A stretch of DNA of 64,000 nt from Eledone cirrhosa (GCA_964016885.1 OZ024764.1:9238001-9302000); one strand, 5' to 3'; counted from the stretch's first letter, positions 1-14,357 are shown. Notes: generated from the letters alone by a model not told the origin. Made by a program: numbers and translations.

Positions 1-435
1 TGGAACAAACTACCTGCATCAGTTGTTAGCTGCCGAGACACTGCATCCTTTAAAACCTCCATGGAACAAACTACCTGCGTCAGTTGTTAGCTGTCGAGAC
101 ACTGCATCCTTTAAAACCTCCATGGAACAAACTACCTGCGTCAGTTGTTAGCTGTCGAGACACTGCATCCTTTAAAACCTCCATGGAACAAACTACCTGC
201 ATCAGTTGTTAGGTGTCGAGACACTGCATCCTTTAAAACCTCCATGCTTCCTGAAATTCGCCAACACTACACCTGATATCCCCCTCCATACACTCGTACA
301 CATCTATTTCATGACTCATACACTGTTCACTTTCCTGACATTTGTACATTATTCTATGTACTATACATGCACCTTTGATGAGTTGTAGTGCACCTGAGCA
401 CTGTACACAATAATTTCATTATTATTATTATTATT
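1..435 (+). mobile_element. 3' end of a CR1/L2-type LINE; first ~245 bp are a 61-bp tandem amplification of the ORF2 C-terminus
   Basis: Unit catggaacaaactacctgcatcagttgttagctgtcgagacactgcatcctttaaaacctc reads WNKLPASVVSCRDTASFK, matching the WNxLPxxVV...FK C-terminal motif of CR1/L2 ORF2. A 3'UTR ending in (ATT)n follows. A related copy lies inverted at ~39110-39320. Confidence 0.7.
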
Positions 436-824
436 TTGTAGTTTAGCCTTCTATCTCTTTCCACGTTATATATTATATACAATGCTTCAAGCAAACTACA
501 AGATTTTATTATACACACATACATATATATACAAGCAGGGAAAAGCAGATGTAAAATGATGACAATGATGATGATATATATATATATATCATCATCATCA
601 CCGTTTTACGTCCGTTCTTCCACGCTAGCATGGGTTAGACGGGTTGTCCTGTTGTGGGCAGTGTCCGCTTGCTCATACGGGAACTGATTCTGGCTTGATT
701 TCTACAGCTGGATGCCCTTCCTAACACCAACCTCATTTACAGTGAGTGCTGGGTGCGTTTTCTCCGTGACACCTACACGACCACTTTGCAGTGAGAGGGT
801 GTGGGGGCATATTGTCTATATGCT

Positions 825-2088
825 TCAGCTTCGGCTTGTACCTGTGGGAAGTCGGGTTTTGTGTATTACTGCGTGACGCCAGAGGACACGGTCGTGTGTC
901 ATCGCCTTTGAGAGGTGTAATTGGGTAAGGTCGGCTTTTATCACCTCATCCCAGGTCTTCTTGGGTCTCCCCACCTTTTTCTGCTTCATATGCATCACAT
1001 GTCCATACAAACACAACCTCCTCTCCTGCACACATCATTTGATTCCTCTTATGCTCAGTCTCCCTCTCAATTCATTTATGCTTTGCCATTACACATCCAT
1101 CGGAGCATGCAGGCTTCGTTTCTTTCTAATCTAGTAAGTCTTCCACAGACAGCGCCCAGGTCTCACTACCGTGTAACATTGCTGTTCGTATACATGCATC
1201 ATACAGTCTGCCTTTCATTTTGAGGGAAAAGCCTTTTGCAGCCAGCAGTGGCAGTAGCTCCCTGAACTTCTTCCATCCCATTCTTACCCTAGTTATTGTA
1301 CTTTCTGAACACCCACCTCCACTGCTAATTCGGTCACCTAGGTAGCAGAAGCTGTCTACTGTTTCTACAGAGCCCTCCCAGAGATTGGTGGTACTTGTTT
1401 CCTGTGGCTGTTTGCTGCTTGCTGTCCCAGCACAGCTGCTGCATGTGAAGCCTACATTCTTAGTTAAGCTTCCTGAGATCCCGCTACATCTCTTGTGTAC
1501 CCATTGTTTGCATTAGGGGCAGAGAATGGAGTTCCTACCTACTGAGCAAGGCCATTTCCCTGAGGGGATCTGGGTTCTGTTTTCTCGTCTACTTACAAGG
1601 ACCTTAGTCTGTGTCAGGTTGACTTTAAGACCCTTTCTTTCTAGTTCCTGCTTCCAAGTTTGGAATTTCTTCTCTAGTTCTACCATAGATTCAGCTATGA
1701 GTGCGAGGTCATCAGCATACAGGAGTTCCCATGGGCATCCGGTCTTAAATTCCTCCGTTATTGCCTGCAGGACTATGATGAACAGGAGAAGGCTAAGAAC
1801 AGAGCCCTGGTGGACACCGACCTGTATGCTAAATTCCTCGCTATACTCATTGCTAATCCAAATTTTGCTGACTGCTCCCCTATACATGGCTTGTACCGCT
1901 TTCACAAGCCATTCATCTACTCCAAGTTTTCTAAGAGCCCACGAGCCCACCAGATTATAGCACGGGGAACTCTGTCAAAGGCTTTCTCGATATCGACGAA
2001 TGCCAGGTAGAGTAGCTTACTTTTAGCTCGGTACTTTTCCTGCAACTGCCTCACAAGGAAGAGAGCATTAATGGTGCCTCTTCCTGGC
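825..2088 (-). mobile_element. RTE-clade LINE fragment (RT domain plus C-terminus), disrupted
   Basis: Minus-strand translation gives AFVDIEKAFDRVPR, GVHQGSVLS, LLYADDLAL, GLKVN and later ERRLCLYGHV..GRPKKTW. Frameshifts/stops present. Confidence 0.9.
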
Positions 2089-2889
2089 ATATATATATAT
2101 AATATATAGATTTACCATCTTTCTAGTGGGTCCGGGTAAGCTTTTTACATTCATATGATTTATTGATTTATTGATATTTTATCTGAGTGACCCGAATCTT
2201 CCTGATCGTAATTTTTCGGTTGTATGGGTGATTTTAGACATAATCTTTGTGTGTTGGTATTTTAACGATAGTTATAGCTCTGATTTATCTGAATTATTGA
2301 TCCCTCTGCCACTCATGTCGAATTTTGTTTATCGTGAACTCGTGCGCCGATTTTTCGATACTCGATTATTCTACTATATATATATATATATATATATAAT
2401 ATAGTAGACAGACAAACAGATATATAACTATATGTGTTCAAATCACAATTTGCAAAACAGTTCTACTCTAAAGCTGTTCGGATATGTGATAGTTATCATA
2501 GTAGGTTTGTATAGCTCAATTTATCCCTTTGATTGAGTTCTCTGAACCGTACTATTTTTAGTCAGTATTTTCTTTACCCTGTGGTTTCTGTCCCTTGTGA
2601 TTTGAACCTTGCAAGCAGGGAAAAGCGGACGTAAAATGATGATGATGATGATGATGATATCTGTGATTGTCTCTCTTTACTGTATTATAAGTGCCGGAAA
2701 ATTTTTTTCCTTGAGCTAATTTGATTATAAAGAACTATTGTGAGTTTTTAACTCACTGTAAATGAGGTTGGTGTTAGGAAGGGCATCCAGCTGTAGAAAT
2801 CAAGCCAGAATCAGTTCCTGTCCCACCCTTGCAAGCAGGGAAAAAGCGGACGTAAAATGAAATGATGATGATGATGATGATGATGACAG

Positions 2890-3325
2890 CTGCATAAAAA
2901 GGTGCAGAGCACTAGAAGTCGATGGAAGCCATGGAGTGGAGAGACCCAAGGAGACCTGGGATGAGGTGATAAAAGCCGACCTTACCCAATTGCACCTCTC
3001 AAAGGCGATGACACACGACCATGACCTCTGGTGTCACGCAGTAATACATAAGACCTGACTTCCCACGGGTACAAGCCGAAGCTGAAGCATATAGACAATA
3101 TGCCCCCACACCCTCTCACTGCAAAGTGGTTGTGAAGGTGCCACAGAAAAAAAGCACGCAGCACTCATTGTAAATGAGGTTGGTGTTAGGAAGGGCATCC
3201 AGCCAGAATCAGTTCCCGTATGAGCAAGACAAAGTCAGCCAACCGGACACTGCCCACAACAGGACAACCAATCTAACCCATGCTAGCGTGAAAGAACGGA
3301 CGTAAAACGGTGATGATGATGATGA
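2890..3325 (+). mobile_element. RTE LINE 3' fragment with (GAT)n tail
   Basis: Resembles the reverse complement of ~590-1000 (RPKETWDEVIKADL...) and ends in gatgatgat. Confidence 0.7.
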
Positions 3326-3328
3326 TAT

Positions 3329-3375
<47 letters not shown>

Positions 3376-3488
3376 ATGACATTTTGTTGTTCTCGCAGCT
3401 ATTCTTTAGTTGAGTTTTTCTCATTATTCTATGAATTCTAAAACACCCACGTTCCATATTAGTCTTCGAGACAACATTGCTTGTTTAA

Positions 3489-4862
3489 CCCTTTAACCTA
3501 TAAACTGGTCATAACCGGTCAGAATTCTCTCACTTCTTTCTGTTCAAACTGGCCTCTCATACTGATGTTAAGGTATTGTTTTCAAAAGAAATAATATCAA
3601 AATCCCATAGATTTCATATTATGTGAGGTAACGCCTTTACTGTGAAAATACAATAGTATATATAGAGTAATGTAAATGTTATGTGAGGTAAAGCCTTTAC
3701 TGTGAAAATACAATAGTAAATATAGAGTAATGTAAATGTTATGTGAGGTAAAGCCTTTACTGTGAAAATACAATAGTAAATATAGAGTAATGTAAATATT
3801 ATGTGAGGTAAAGCCTTTACTGTGAAAATACAATAGTATATATAGAGTAATGTAAATGTTATGTGAGATATTATGTGAGGTAAAGCCTTTACTGTGAAAA
3901 TACAATAGTATATATAGAGTAATGTAAATGTTATGTGAGATATTATGTGAGGTAAAGCCTTTACCGTGATAATACAATAGTATATATAGAGTAATGTAAA
4001 TGTTATGTGAGATATTATGTGAGGTAAAGCCTTTACTGTGAAAATACAATAGTATATATAGAGTAATGTAAATGTTATGTGAGATATTATGTGAGGTAAA
4101 GCCTTTACCGTGAAAATACAATAGTATATATAGAGTAATGTAAATGTTATGTGAGATATTATGTGAGGTAAAGCCTTTACTGTGAAAATACAATAGTATA
4201 TATAGAGTAATGTAAATGTTATGTGAGATATTATGTGAGGTAAAGTCTTTACTGTGAAAATACAATAGTATATATAGAGTAAAGTAAATGTTATGTGAGA
4301 TATTATGTGAGGTAAAGCCTTTACCGTGAAAATACAATAGTAAATATAGAGTAATGTAAATGTTATGTGAGATATTATGTGAGGTAAAGCCTTTACTGTG
4401 GAAATACAATAGTATATATAGAGTAATGTAAATGTTATGTGAGATATTATGTGAGGTAAAGCCTTTACTGTGAAAATACAATAGTATATATAGAGTAATG
4501 TAAATGTTATGTGAGATATTATGTGAGGTAAAGCCTTTACCGTGAAAATACAATAGTATATATAGAGTAATGTAAATGTTATGTGAGATATTATGTGAGG
4601 TAAAGCCTTTACTGTGAAAATACAATAGTATATATAGAGTAATGTAAATGTTATGTGAGATATTATGTGAGGTAAAGCCTTTACCGTGAAAATACAATAG
4701 TATATATAGAGTAATGTAAATGTTATGTGAGATATTATGTGAGGTAAAGCCTTTACTGTGACAATACAATAGTATATATAGAGTAATGTAAATGTTATGT
4801 GAGGTAAAGTCTTTACCGTGAAAATACAATAGTATATATAGAGTAATGTAAATGCTAAAGGG
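3489..4862. mobile_element. piggyBac-type MITE swollen by a 60/72-bp minisatellite
   Basis: TTAA|CCCTTTA at 3485-3495 and TAAAGGG|TTAA at 4856-4866. Interior ~3615-4855 is an array of ttatgtgaggtaaagcctttactgtgaaaatacaatagtatatatagagtaatgtaaatg(ttatgtgagata). Confidence 0.75.
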
Positions 4863-5393
4863 TTAAGCCTTTCTAAATGTCATCATACACAGGAACATTG
4901 TGAATGGCCAGAATTCTCTCACCTCTTTTTGTTCAAACCAGCTGTAACTGGCTACTCATACTGATGTTACGGTATTGTTCTCAAAATCTCATAGATTTGA
5001 TAATTATGTGAGATAAAGCCTTTACCATGAAAATACAATGGTAAATATAGAATAATGAAAAAATCTAAAGAGTTAAAAAGAAAGATATGATATATATTAT
5101 AACGTTTACTACATACCTCAAACTGCTTCGTATTAAATATACTATTCTACTATTCACATTATTAATATGTGGTCCTATATAGAAAGCAAATATAAAAAAA
5201 TGAAAACAATTTATTCTTACTACTAAGATTAGATAACTGAATTGTCAATATATTACTGGTACACATTATATTAATCTCATCTGGCGAAATGGAAACCAAG
5301 TTGGCCCCTAAGAAGGTTTGAATATCAAACAGAAGTACTGAAGTATGTTGCCTCATCATATCTACAGATGGTGATGAAATTAGAAAGTTATAA

Positions 5394-7137
5394 CCCTTTA
5401 ACATTTAAACCAGTCATATCCGGTCAGAATACTCTCACCTCCTTCTGTTCAAACTGGCTGTAACTTACCACACATACTGATGTTAAGGTATTGTTCTCAA
5501 AATAAATAACATCAAAATCTCATAGATTCGATATTATGTGAGGTAAAGCCTTTACCACAAAAAATACAATAGTATATATAGAGTAATGTAAAGCCTTTAC
5601 TGTGAAAATATAATATATATATAGAATAATGTAAATGTTATGTGAGATATTATGTGGGGTAAAGCCTTTACCATGAAAATACAATAGTATATATAGAGTA
5701 ATGTAAATGTTATGTGAGGTAAAGACTTTACTGTGAAAATACAATAGTATATATAGAATAATGTAAATGTTATGTGAGATATTATGTGGGGTAAAGCCTT
5801 TACCATGAAAATACAATAGTATATATAGAGTAATGTAAATATTATGTGAGATATTATGTGGGGTAAAGCCTTTACCATGAAAATACAATTGTATATATAG
5901 AGTAATGTAAATGTTATGCGAGATATTATGTGAGGTAAAGCCTTTACCATGAAAATACAATAGTATATATAGAGTAATGTAAATGTTATGTGAAATATTA
6001 TGTGAGGTAAAGCCTTTACCATAAAAATACAATAGTATATATAGAGTAATGTAAATGTTATGTGAGGTATTATGTGAGGTAAAGCCTTTACCATGAAAAT
6101 ACAATAGTATATATAGAGTAATGTAAATGTTATGTGAGATATTATGTGAGGTAAAGCCTTTACCATGAAAATACAATAGGATATATAGAGTAATGTAAAT
6201 GTTATGTGAGGTATTATGTGAGGTAAAGCCTTTACCATGAAAATACAATAGTATATATAGAGTAATGTAAATGTTATGTGAGATATTATGTGAGGTAAAG
6301 CCTTTACCATGAAAATACAATAGTATATATAGAGTAATGGAAATGTTATGTGAGGTAAAGCCTTTACCATGAAAATACAATAGTATATATAGAGTAATGT
6401 AAATGTTATGTGAGATATTATGTGAGGTAAAGCCTTTATTGTGAAAATACAATAGTATATATAGAGTAATGTAAATGTTATGTGAGATATTATGTGAGGT
6501 AAAGCCTTTACCATGAAAATACAATAGTATATATAGAGTAATGTAAATAAATGTTAAGCGAGATATTATGTGAGGTAAAGCCTTTACTGTGAAAATACAA
6601 TAGTATATATAGAGTAATGTGAATGTTATGTGAGATATTATGTGAGGTAAAGCCTTTACTGTGAAAATACAATAGTATATATAGAGTAATGTAAATGTTA
6701 TGTGAGATATTATGTGAGGTAAAGCCTTTACTGTGAAAATACAATAGTATATATAGAGTAATGTAAATGTTATGTGAGATATTATGTGGGGTAAAGCCTT
6801 TACCATGAAAATACAATAGTATATATAGAGTAATGTAAATGTTATGTGAGATATTATGTGAGGTAAAGCCTTTACTGTGAAAATACAATAGTATATATAG
6901 AGTAATGTAAATGTTATGTGAGATATTATGTGAGGTAAAGCCTTTACCATGAAAATACAATAGTATATATAGAGTAATGTAAATGTTATGTGAGATATTA
7001 TGTGAGGTAAAGCCTTTACTGTGAAAATACAATAGTATATATAGAGTAATGTAAATGGTATGTGAGATATTATGTGAGGTAAAGCCTTTACTGTGAAAAT
7101 ACAATAGTAAATATAGAATAATGTAAATGCTAAAAGT
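5394..7137. mobile_element. second copy of the piggyBac-type MITE with 72-bp minisatellite (~5530-7130)
   Basis: Starts (a)taa|cccttta with the same 5' body as the 3489 copy and ends in a degenerate taaaagtttaa. A short copy without the array lies at ~4900-5075. Confidence 0.7.
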
Positions 7138-7280
7138 TTAAAGCTCGTGTTCTCCCATACACAAAACGCCAGCAGTTTGTCAAGAGATGTCAACATGAAT
7201 GGACCTGTTATTTTTCTAAATAAACATTTTTTCTGATTCCGCCCTACCCGTTCCTTCAATCTTTCTCACTTCTGATGCTT

Positions 7281-7316
7281 TCTTCTGATGAAGGACTAGC
7301 GTCTGAAACGTTAAGA
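7281..7316 (+). ncRNA. minimal type I hammerhead ribozyme motif in a Penelope-like pLTR remnant (family A, element ~7140-7410)
   Basis: TCTT-CTGATGA-A-GGAC-TAGC-GTCT-GAA-ACGT-T-AAGA: helix I TCTT/AAGA, helix II GGAC/GTCT, palindromic ACGT helix III (dimer type). Confidence 0.6.
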
Positions 7317-7796
7317 CCCTCTTTCTGCTATTTCAAGCGTTAACCTAATATATTCCTTCCATATACTGTACCGATTGTGTTGTTATTTCTGTTTACCTTT
7401 TACATACATATATGTTAGGAAGGGCATCCAGCCCTAGAAAACCTGCTAGAGACAGTCCTGTATGAACCACGCACGGTCTCCCAACCAATCTTGCCTCAAG
7501 TGGGACAAAACCGTCCGACCCATGCTACCGTAGAAGATGGACGTTAAATGATGATGATAATGATGATGATGATGATGATATATATATATATATAAGATGG
7601 TGTTTGGAACATAACTTAACAAAGGACACATATATGTTGGTTTATTAAGATGGTCTTTGTAACATAAAAATGTTTTCACGTGAAATTTTGATGCTGGGAG
7701 ATTGGAGCATGGGCAAATTTAAATATGGACCCTTTTAAATAAGCAATTTTCTACCTTACAACCAACAGTGGGGTGTTTAACCAAGAGCTGACATTA

Positions 7797-8672
7797 ACAC
7801 TTCTATCAACATAATTCTCGTGAAATATATTCGATTATAATTAATTAATGAAAAATTTCGAGAATATTTCTACTAAAATTATTAATTAATTCATTACTAA
7901 GACGATGTAATTAATTCATTACTAGGACAATGTAAAGACCTTATATAAAATTATGTTGGACAATTTCAATTTAAATTTGAAACCCTTTAAAATGGATGTC
8001 TTTATTTCATAGAACCAGAGCTGGTTTTGGCTGGGATGGTAACTAAAGGGTTAACCCTTTCATGACCATATTTCAAATGAAATACATTCTATCTTAATTA
8101 ATTAATTGTTTCTACTTTAGGCACAAGGCCAGCAATTATCCAGTGCATTACTGGTACTTTATTTTATCGACCCCGTAAAGATGAAAGGCAAAGTCAACCT
8201 CGGCAGGATTTGAACTCAGATCATACAGGGAGGTAACTATGCTTCAAAGCATGGCGTCCGACCCTCTACCGATACTGCCAATCCACCGCTCTCTCTTAAT
8301 TAATTAATGAAGAATTTTGAGTGATTTACTGAAATTATTAATTACTTCATTACTAAAACAGTAACCTAACATATCGTTCTTATATAAAATTATGTTGGAA
8401 GGTTTTTATTTAAATAAGAACCTTTTAAAATGGGTGATTTTGTTTCATAGAACCAGAACTGGTTTTGACAGGGTTGGTATCAAAACATTACTTAAGAATT
8501 TTGAGGGATTTACTAAAATTATTAATTACTTCATTACTAAGACAATTACTTAATGTAAGGTCCTTATATAAAATGTTGGTAGATTTTAATTTAAATAGGA
8601 ACTCATCAAAAAGGGTGGGTTTTGTTTCATAGAACCAGGGCTGGTTTTGACGGGGTTAGTATCAAAAAGGGA
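7797..8672. mobile_element. tandem piggyBac-like MITE remnants sharing a TTAA junction, with a SINE inserted
   Basis: taaaggg|ttaa|cccttt junction at 8044-8060; repeated ttcatagaaccag...ctggttttg subterminal blocks. Confidence 0.5.
8107..8290 (-). mobile_element. tRNA-derived SINE family 1 (~185 bp)
   Basis: Minus strand reads gcggtggattggcagtatcggtagag...gagttcaaatcc...gataaaataaagtaccag...agtagaaac; flanked by tcttaattaattaat-like TSD. Confidence 0.8.
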
Positions 8673-8865
8673 TTAAGGGGGTTAAGTTAATCACCAAATG
8701 TCATTATGAATCCTTAATTCATAAGGGACAGCAAAGGAATGTCCTAGCACACACAGATACTCTCACACACGCACACACACACAGACACACACACACCTGA
8801 CACGGTTTCTTTTTGATTTCTTGACACAGAGATGGTTGAAGACCACAGCATCATCAGAACTCCAC

Positions 8866-8953
8866 TTAAAAAGTGTCGCTAGGGTTGTCAGCCTCCGACA
8901 TTGGTTGCACAGAATTGTAATGTTCTCCGAGGCCAAAGGCATGGCGGTGGTAC
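8866..8953 (-). CDS. OTUD6B: OTU deubiquitinase OTUD6B-like, exon 9 (last coding; YHRHAFGLGEHYNSV...PSDTF*)
   Basis: Acceptor tctctcaccAG, catalytic His motif GEHYNS, TAA at 8866-8868; phase matches exon 8. Confidence 0.92.
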
Positions 8954-8958
8954 CTGGT

Positions 8959-9620
8959 GAGAGAGAGAGAGTGAGAGTGAGATATATAGTCTGTGGAGCA
9001 GAGAGAGAGAGTTTGTGTGAGAGAGAGAGAGAGATAGTTTGAGATATATATATATATATAGTTTGTGAGGGAGAGAGAGAGTTATATAGTTTGTGAGGGA
9101 GAGAGAGAGTTATATAGTCTGTGAGGGAGAGAGAGAGAGAGTGAGATATATATATATATATATATAGTTTGTGAGGGAGAGAGAGAGTTATATAGTTTGT
9201 GAGGGAGAGAGAGAGTTATATAGTCTGTGAGGGAGAGAGAGAGAGAGTGAGATTTATAGTCTGTGGAGGAGAGAGAGAGAGAGAGTGAGAGATATATAGT
9301 CTGAGAGAGAGAGTGAGTGATATATAGTCTGTGAAGGAGAGAGAGAGAGAGTGAGATATATATAGTCTGAGAGAGAGAGAGAGTGAGTGAGATATATATA
9401 GTCAGTGAGGGAGAGAGAGGGAGAGAGAGAGAGAGTGAGATATATATAGTCTGTGAGGGGGAGAGAGAGAGAGAGTGAGATATATATAGTCAGTGAGGGA
9501 GAGAGAGAGAGAGAGAGTGAGATATATATAGTCAGTGAGGGAGAGAGAGAGAGAGAGAGAGAGATAGTCTGTGAGGGAGTGATAGAGAGTGAGATTGTCA
9601 GAGAGAGAGAGAGGGATATA
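8959..9620. repeat. compound (GA)n/(TA)n microsatellite array
   Basis: Repeated gagagaga...gtgagatatatagtctgtgaggg units. Confidence 0.9.
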
Positions 9621-9682
9621 GATCTTTATCTATATAGTAATAATAATAAATGTGAAGACTAAAATCCAAAGAGGGTTCGATA

Positions 9683-10500
<818 letters not shown>

Positions 10501-10519
10501 ATATATATATATGTGTGTG

Positions 10520-10600
<81 letters not shown>

Positions 10601-10603
10601 GTG

Positions 10604-10660
<57 letters not shown>

Positions 10661-10870
10661 GTGTGTGTATATATATATATATATATATGTGTGTGTATAT
10701 ATATATATATATGTGTGTATATATATATATGTGTGTGTGTATATATATATATGTCTCAGGAAAGTATCTCTGGACAGATTTTACGGGCAAAAACCAACCG
10801 GTAGGAGACCCCGGGGGGGGGGGGGGGGAGAAAGGGAGGGGGGAGCGTTGATTGAAGTCGAGGGACTCAC

Positions 10871-10977
10871 GTTAAGATGATCTCTTCTTTGTCATATTCC
10901 TGGCCCACCACCACAGGTTCACCCTCAGCCTGGATCACCTTGATCGGAACTTGTAGGATGTGAGACAGCGCCAGGAT
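10871..10977 (-). CDS. OTUD6B: OTUD6B-like exon 8 ([36 protein letters not shown])
   Basis: ttccAG acceptor, GTGAGT donor, 107 nt, phases consistent; OTU-domain sequence. Confidence 0.92.
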
Positions 10978-11084
10978 CTGGAATTGGTACAACAGAATTA
11001 ACAGACAGGGCTTTAGATACAACATAGTCAGAGTGCAGTGGTGTACATATATATATATGTAGTGTACATATGTAGTGTATTTAT

Positions 11085-12384
11085 TTACTTTTCTTAACTC
11101 TGTAGCGGAGATTCATTCGGTTTCCTAGTTAGAATTTAGTCTACGACTTCTGCTATACCATTTACGTGGTTCTGTCTTTGTGTGCTATTGTTCTCCCCGC
11201 TCCACATATGACGTATTATCTTCGTTTTTTCCGTTCATTGCCAGAGAACGTCTCTATGAACCACCTAAGAGAACATTAGTCTACGACTTCTTTTATACCA
11301 TAAACGTGGTTCTGTCTTTGTGTGCAATTGTTCTCCACGCTCCACATATGACGTATTATCTTCGTTTTTTCCATTCATTGCCAGAGAACGTCTCTATGAA
11401 CCACCTAAGAGAACATTAGTCTACGACTTCTTTTATACCATAAACGTGGTTCTGTCTTTGTGTCTCCACGCTCCACATATGACATATTATCTTCGTTTTT
11501 TCCGTTCATTGCCAGAGAACGTCTCTATGAACCACCTAAGAGAACATTAGTCTACGACTTCTTTTATACCATAAACGTGGTTCTGTCTTTGCGTGCTATT
11601 GTTCTCCACGCTCCACATATGATGTATTATCTTCGTTTTTTCCGTTCATTGCCAGAGAACGTCTCTATGAACCACCTAAGAGAACATTAGTCTACGACTT
11701 CTTTTATACCATAAACGTGGTTCTGTCTTTGTGTGCAATTGTTCTCCACGCTCCACATATGAAGTATTATCTTCGTTTTTTCCGTTCATTGCCAGAGAAC
11801 GTCTCTATGAACCACCTAAGAGAACATTAGTCTACGACTTCTTTTATACCATAAACGTGGTTCTGTCTTTGCGTGCTATTGTTCTCCACGCTCCACATAT
11901 GATGTATTATCTTCGTTTTTTCCGTTCATTGCCAGAGAACGTCTCTATGAACCACCTAAGAGAACATTAGTCTACGACTTCTTTTATACCATAAACGTGG
12001 TTCTGTCTTTGCGCGTAATTGTTTTTCACCGCTCCTATTAATGACGTATTATCTTCGTTTTTTTCCGTTACTTGCCAGAGAACGTCTCTATGCACCACCT
12101 AAGAGAACATTAGTCTACGACTTCTTTTATACCATAAACGTGGTTCTGTCTTTGCGCGTAATTGTTTTTCACCGCTCCTATTAATGATGTATTATATTCG
12201 TTTTTTCCCGTTCTTTGCCAGGGAACGTTTCCACGAACCAAAGTATCGTCTTCCTGTCTTCCTCCGGTTGCAACGTTTTTTGAAATATCCACTTCTGCGT
12301 TTACAGATTGATTTGTTAGTTTCAGAAGATCCTGTTAAGGGTGAAAGCAGCGATTCTTTGCTTAAACTTTAATCTGTTATTTTA

Positions 12385-12390
<6 letters not shown>
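11085..12390 (+). mobile_element. non-autonomous Penelope-like element (family B) with ~8 copies of an internal 140-bp unit
   Basis: tagtctacgacttc recurs at 11137, 11277, 11417, 11548, 11688, 11828, 11968 and ~12111. Ends in a hammerhead-like motif (12318-12368). A copy with only ~1.3 units lies at ~27940-28470. Confidence 0.6.
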
Positions 12391-12435
<45 letters not shown>

Positions 12436-12437
<2 letters not shown>

Positions 12438-13317
12438 GGGTGCGGAAGATATTTGTTCGCAAGTTTACTGTCTAGGAAAAAATAATACAGTAGTTTAATT
12501 TTTTAAAGATATATTTATCAAACTTGGGTCAGTTTGTCTTCATGACTTGTTCTTTCGATCTCACTCGATAAACCCGCCATTGGCTTTGATGACGGCCTCG
12601 GAACCGGCTACAGGCCTTCGTTACTGTCCCATGATTTAGGCCCCTAAAGGCACTTGTGATCCTGGCCTTCAGATCACCTTTCGTATTGCAGCTAGATCTG
12701 TTGGTGTCTCGTTCCACTGCGCCCCGCACAAAGAAGTCGAGGGGGTTGCAGTCAGGCGAGTTGGGAGGCCAGATGTCAGGTGAAGTGTGGTCGATGAAGT
12801 TCTCTGACAGCCAGGCTTGGGTCTTTCGGCTGGTATGGCAGGGCGCTGAGTCTTGCTGCCACACGTACGGCCTACCTGGAGCTACCTGGTCGATCCAGGG
12901 CTTTACTACCTCGCTCAGAACGTGGATGTAGCCATCGGTGTTCAGCTTGAGGCCCTCAGGGAAGAAGTGAAGTGGCATGACGTCACCTTGACTGCTGACG
13001 ACACCTAAGACCAATGTTGTCACTGGAAACTTTGTCTGCATGACTCTGGGCACGTCTTTGGATGAGATAGCGAGCCACCTGTTGTTCTGGGAGTTGATCT
13101 TCTGGTCTTATTTGTCCTCCTGGCGCGGATTCCAAGAAGAACTCCGTGTCTCTACCACAAATTTGGAGGTTCAAAATTATTCATAATCAATTATTCTGAA
13201 AATAAATAATGGAAATATAGTCACTGTTTTTATGAAGACAAGAGTGACAACGGAAGTAAGAAAAATTTGCATAAAATTAGCATTTGAAAATTGCAAACAA
13301 ATATCGTCCGCAACGTG
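12436..13317 (-). mobile_element. Tc1/mariner DD37D (maT/mori-type) transposon, internally deleted
   Basis: TA-flanked TIRs cagggtgcggaagatatttgtt / aacaaatatcgtccgcaacgtg. Transposase C-half WQQDSAPCH...WPPNSPDCNPLD has 37 residues between the last two Asp. Confidence 0.88.
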
Positions 13318-13534
13318 TATTTTCAACTGCTAACTTTATGCAAATTTTTTTTACTTCCGTTGTCACTCTTGTCTTCATAAAAACAGTCAGTAGGCACCTC
13401 CTAACCATAAATACACCCCCATCCCACTACTAATGAAACAAAACTGTCTAACCCATGCTAGCGTGGAAGATGGATGTTAAACGATGATGATGATATATAT
13501 ATAGATAGATAGTTCTGTAACATAATAGGTATTG

Positions 13535-13720
13535 GGCAGTGGATTGTCAGTATTGGTAGACAGTTGGACACCATGCTTTGTAGCATAGAGTTACGTCCCT
13601 TTACGGTCTGAGTTCAAATCCCGCTGAGGTTCACTTTGCCTTTCATCCTTAAGGGGTCGATAAAATAAAGTACCAGTAATGTACTGGGGTAATTGCTGGC
13701 CTTGTGCCAATAGTAGAAAC
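13535..13720 (+). mobile_element. SINE family 1
   Basis: ggcagtggattgtcagtattggtaga...gagttcaaatcccgc...agtagaaac. Confidence 0.8.
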
Positions 13721-13811
13721 AATTATAATGTATTTATAACAATGTGACATGTATGTATATGAACATATATATATATATATATGACAAGTGCATATAACAA
13801 TATACACTCAC

Positions 13812-13873
13812 CTCAATCTGACCACCCCAGGCTGGAGTTGTAGCTATGTCTTTACAGATTTTCTGGTATTCTT
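13812..13873 (-). CDS. OTUD6B: OTUD6B-like exon 7 ([21 protein letters not shown])
   Basis: ttttcAG acceptor, GTGAGT donor, conserved OTU WGGxxE motif. Confidence 0.93.
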
Positions 13874-13885
13874 CTGAAAAACAAA

Positions 13886-13889
<4 letters not shown>

Positions 13890-13941
<52 letters not shown>

Positions 13942-13947
13942 TACCTA

Positions 13948-14000
<53 letters not shown>

Positions 14001-14201
14001 GATATTAACAAATGGAAACTATATTTATAAAACCATATTTACATACACATACATACAGATATATATATATACACAGATATATATATATATACACAGAAAC
14101 ACACATACATACAGATATATATATATATATACACACAAAAACACACATACATACAGACATATATATATATATATATATATATATCTGTATGTATGGGTTT
14201 C

Positions 14202-14257
<56 letters not shown>

Positions 14258-14324
14258 GAAACCCATACATACAGATATATATCTATATATCTATACACAC
14301 ACACAGAAACACACATACATACAG

Positions 14325-14357
<33 letters not shown>

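Noticed and set aside
3597-7259. Long ORFs of YFHSKGFTSHNISHNIYITLYILL-type repeats
   Set aside because: Translations of a 60/72-bp minisatellite inside MITEs; open in several frames, no domain.
11137-12200. Regular repeats that might suggest a CRISPR array (also 22800-23600 and 53872-54357)
   Set aside because: Head-to-tail units without unique spacers, eukaryotic context, no cas genes.
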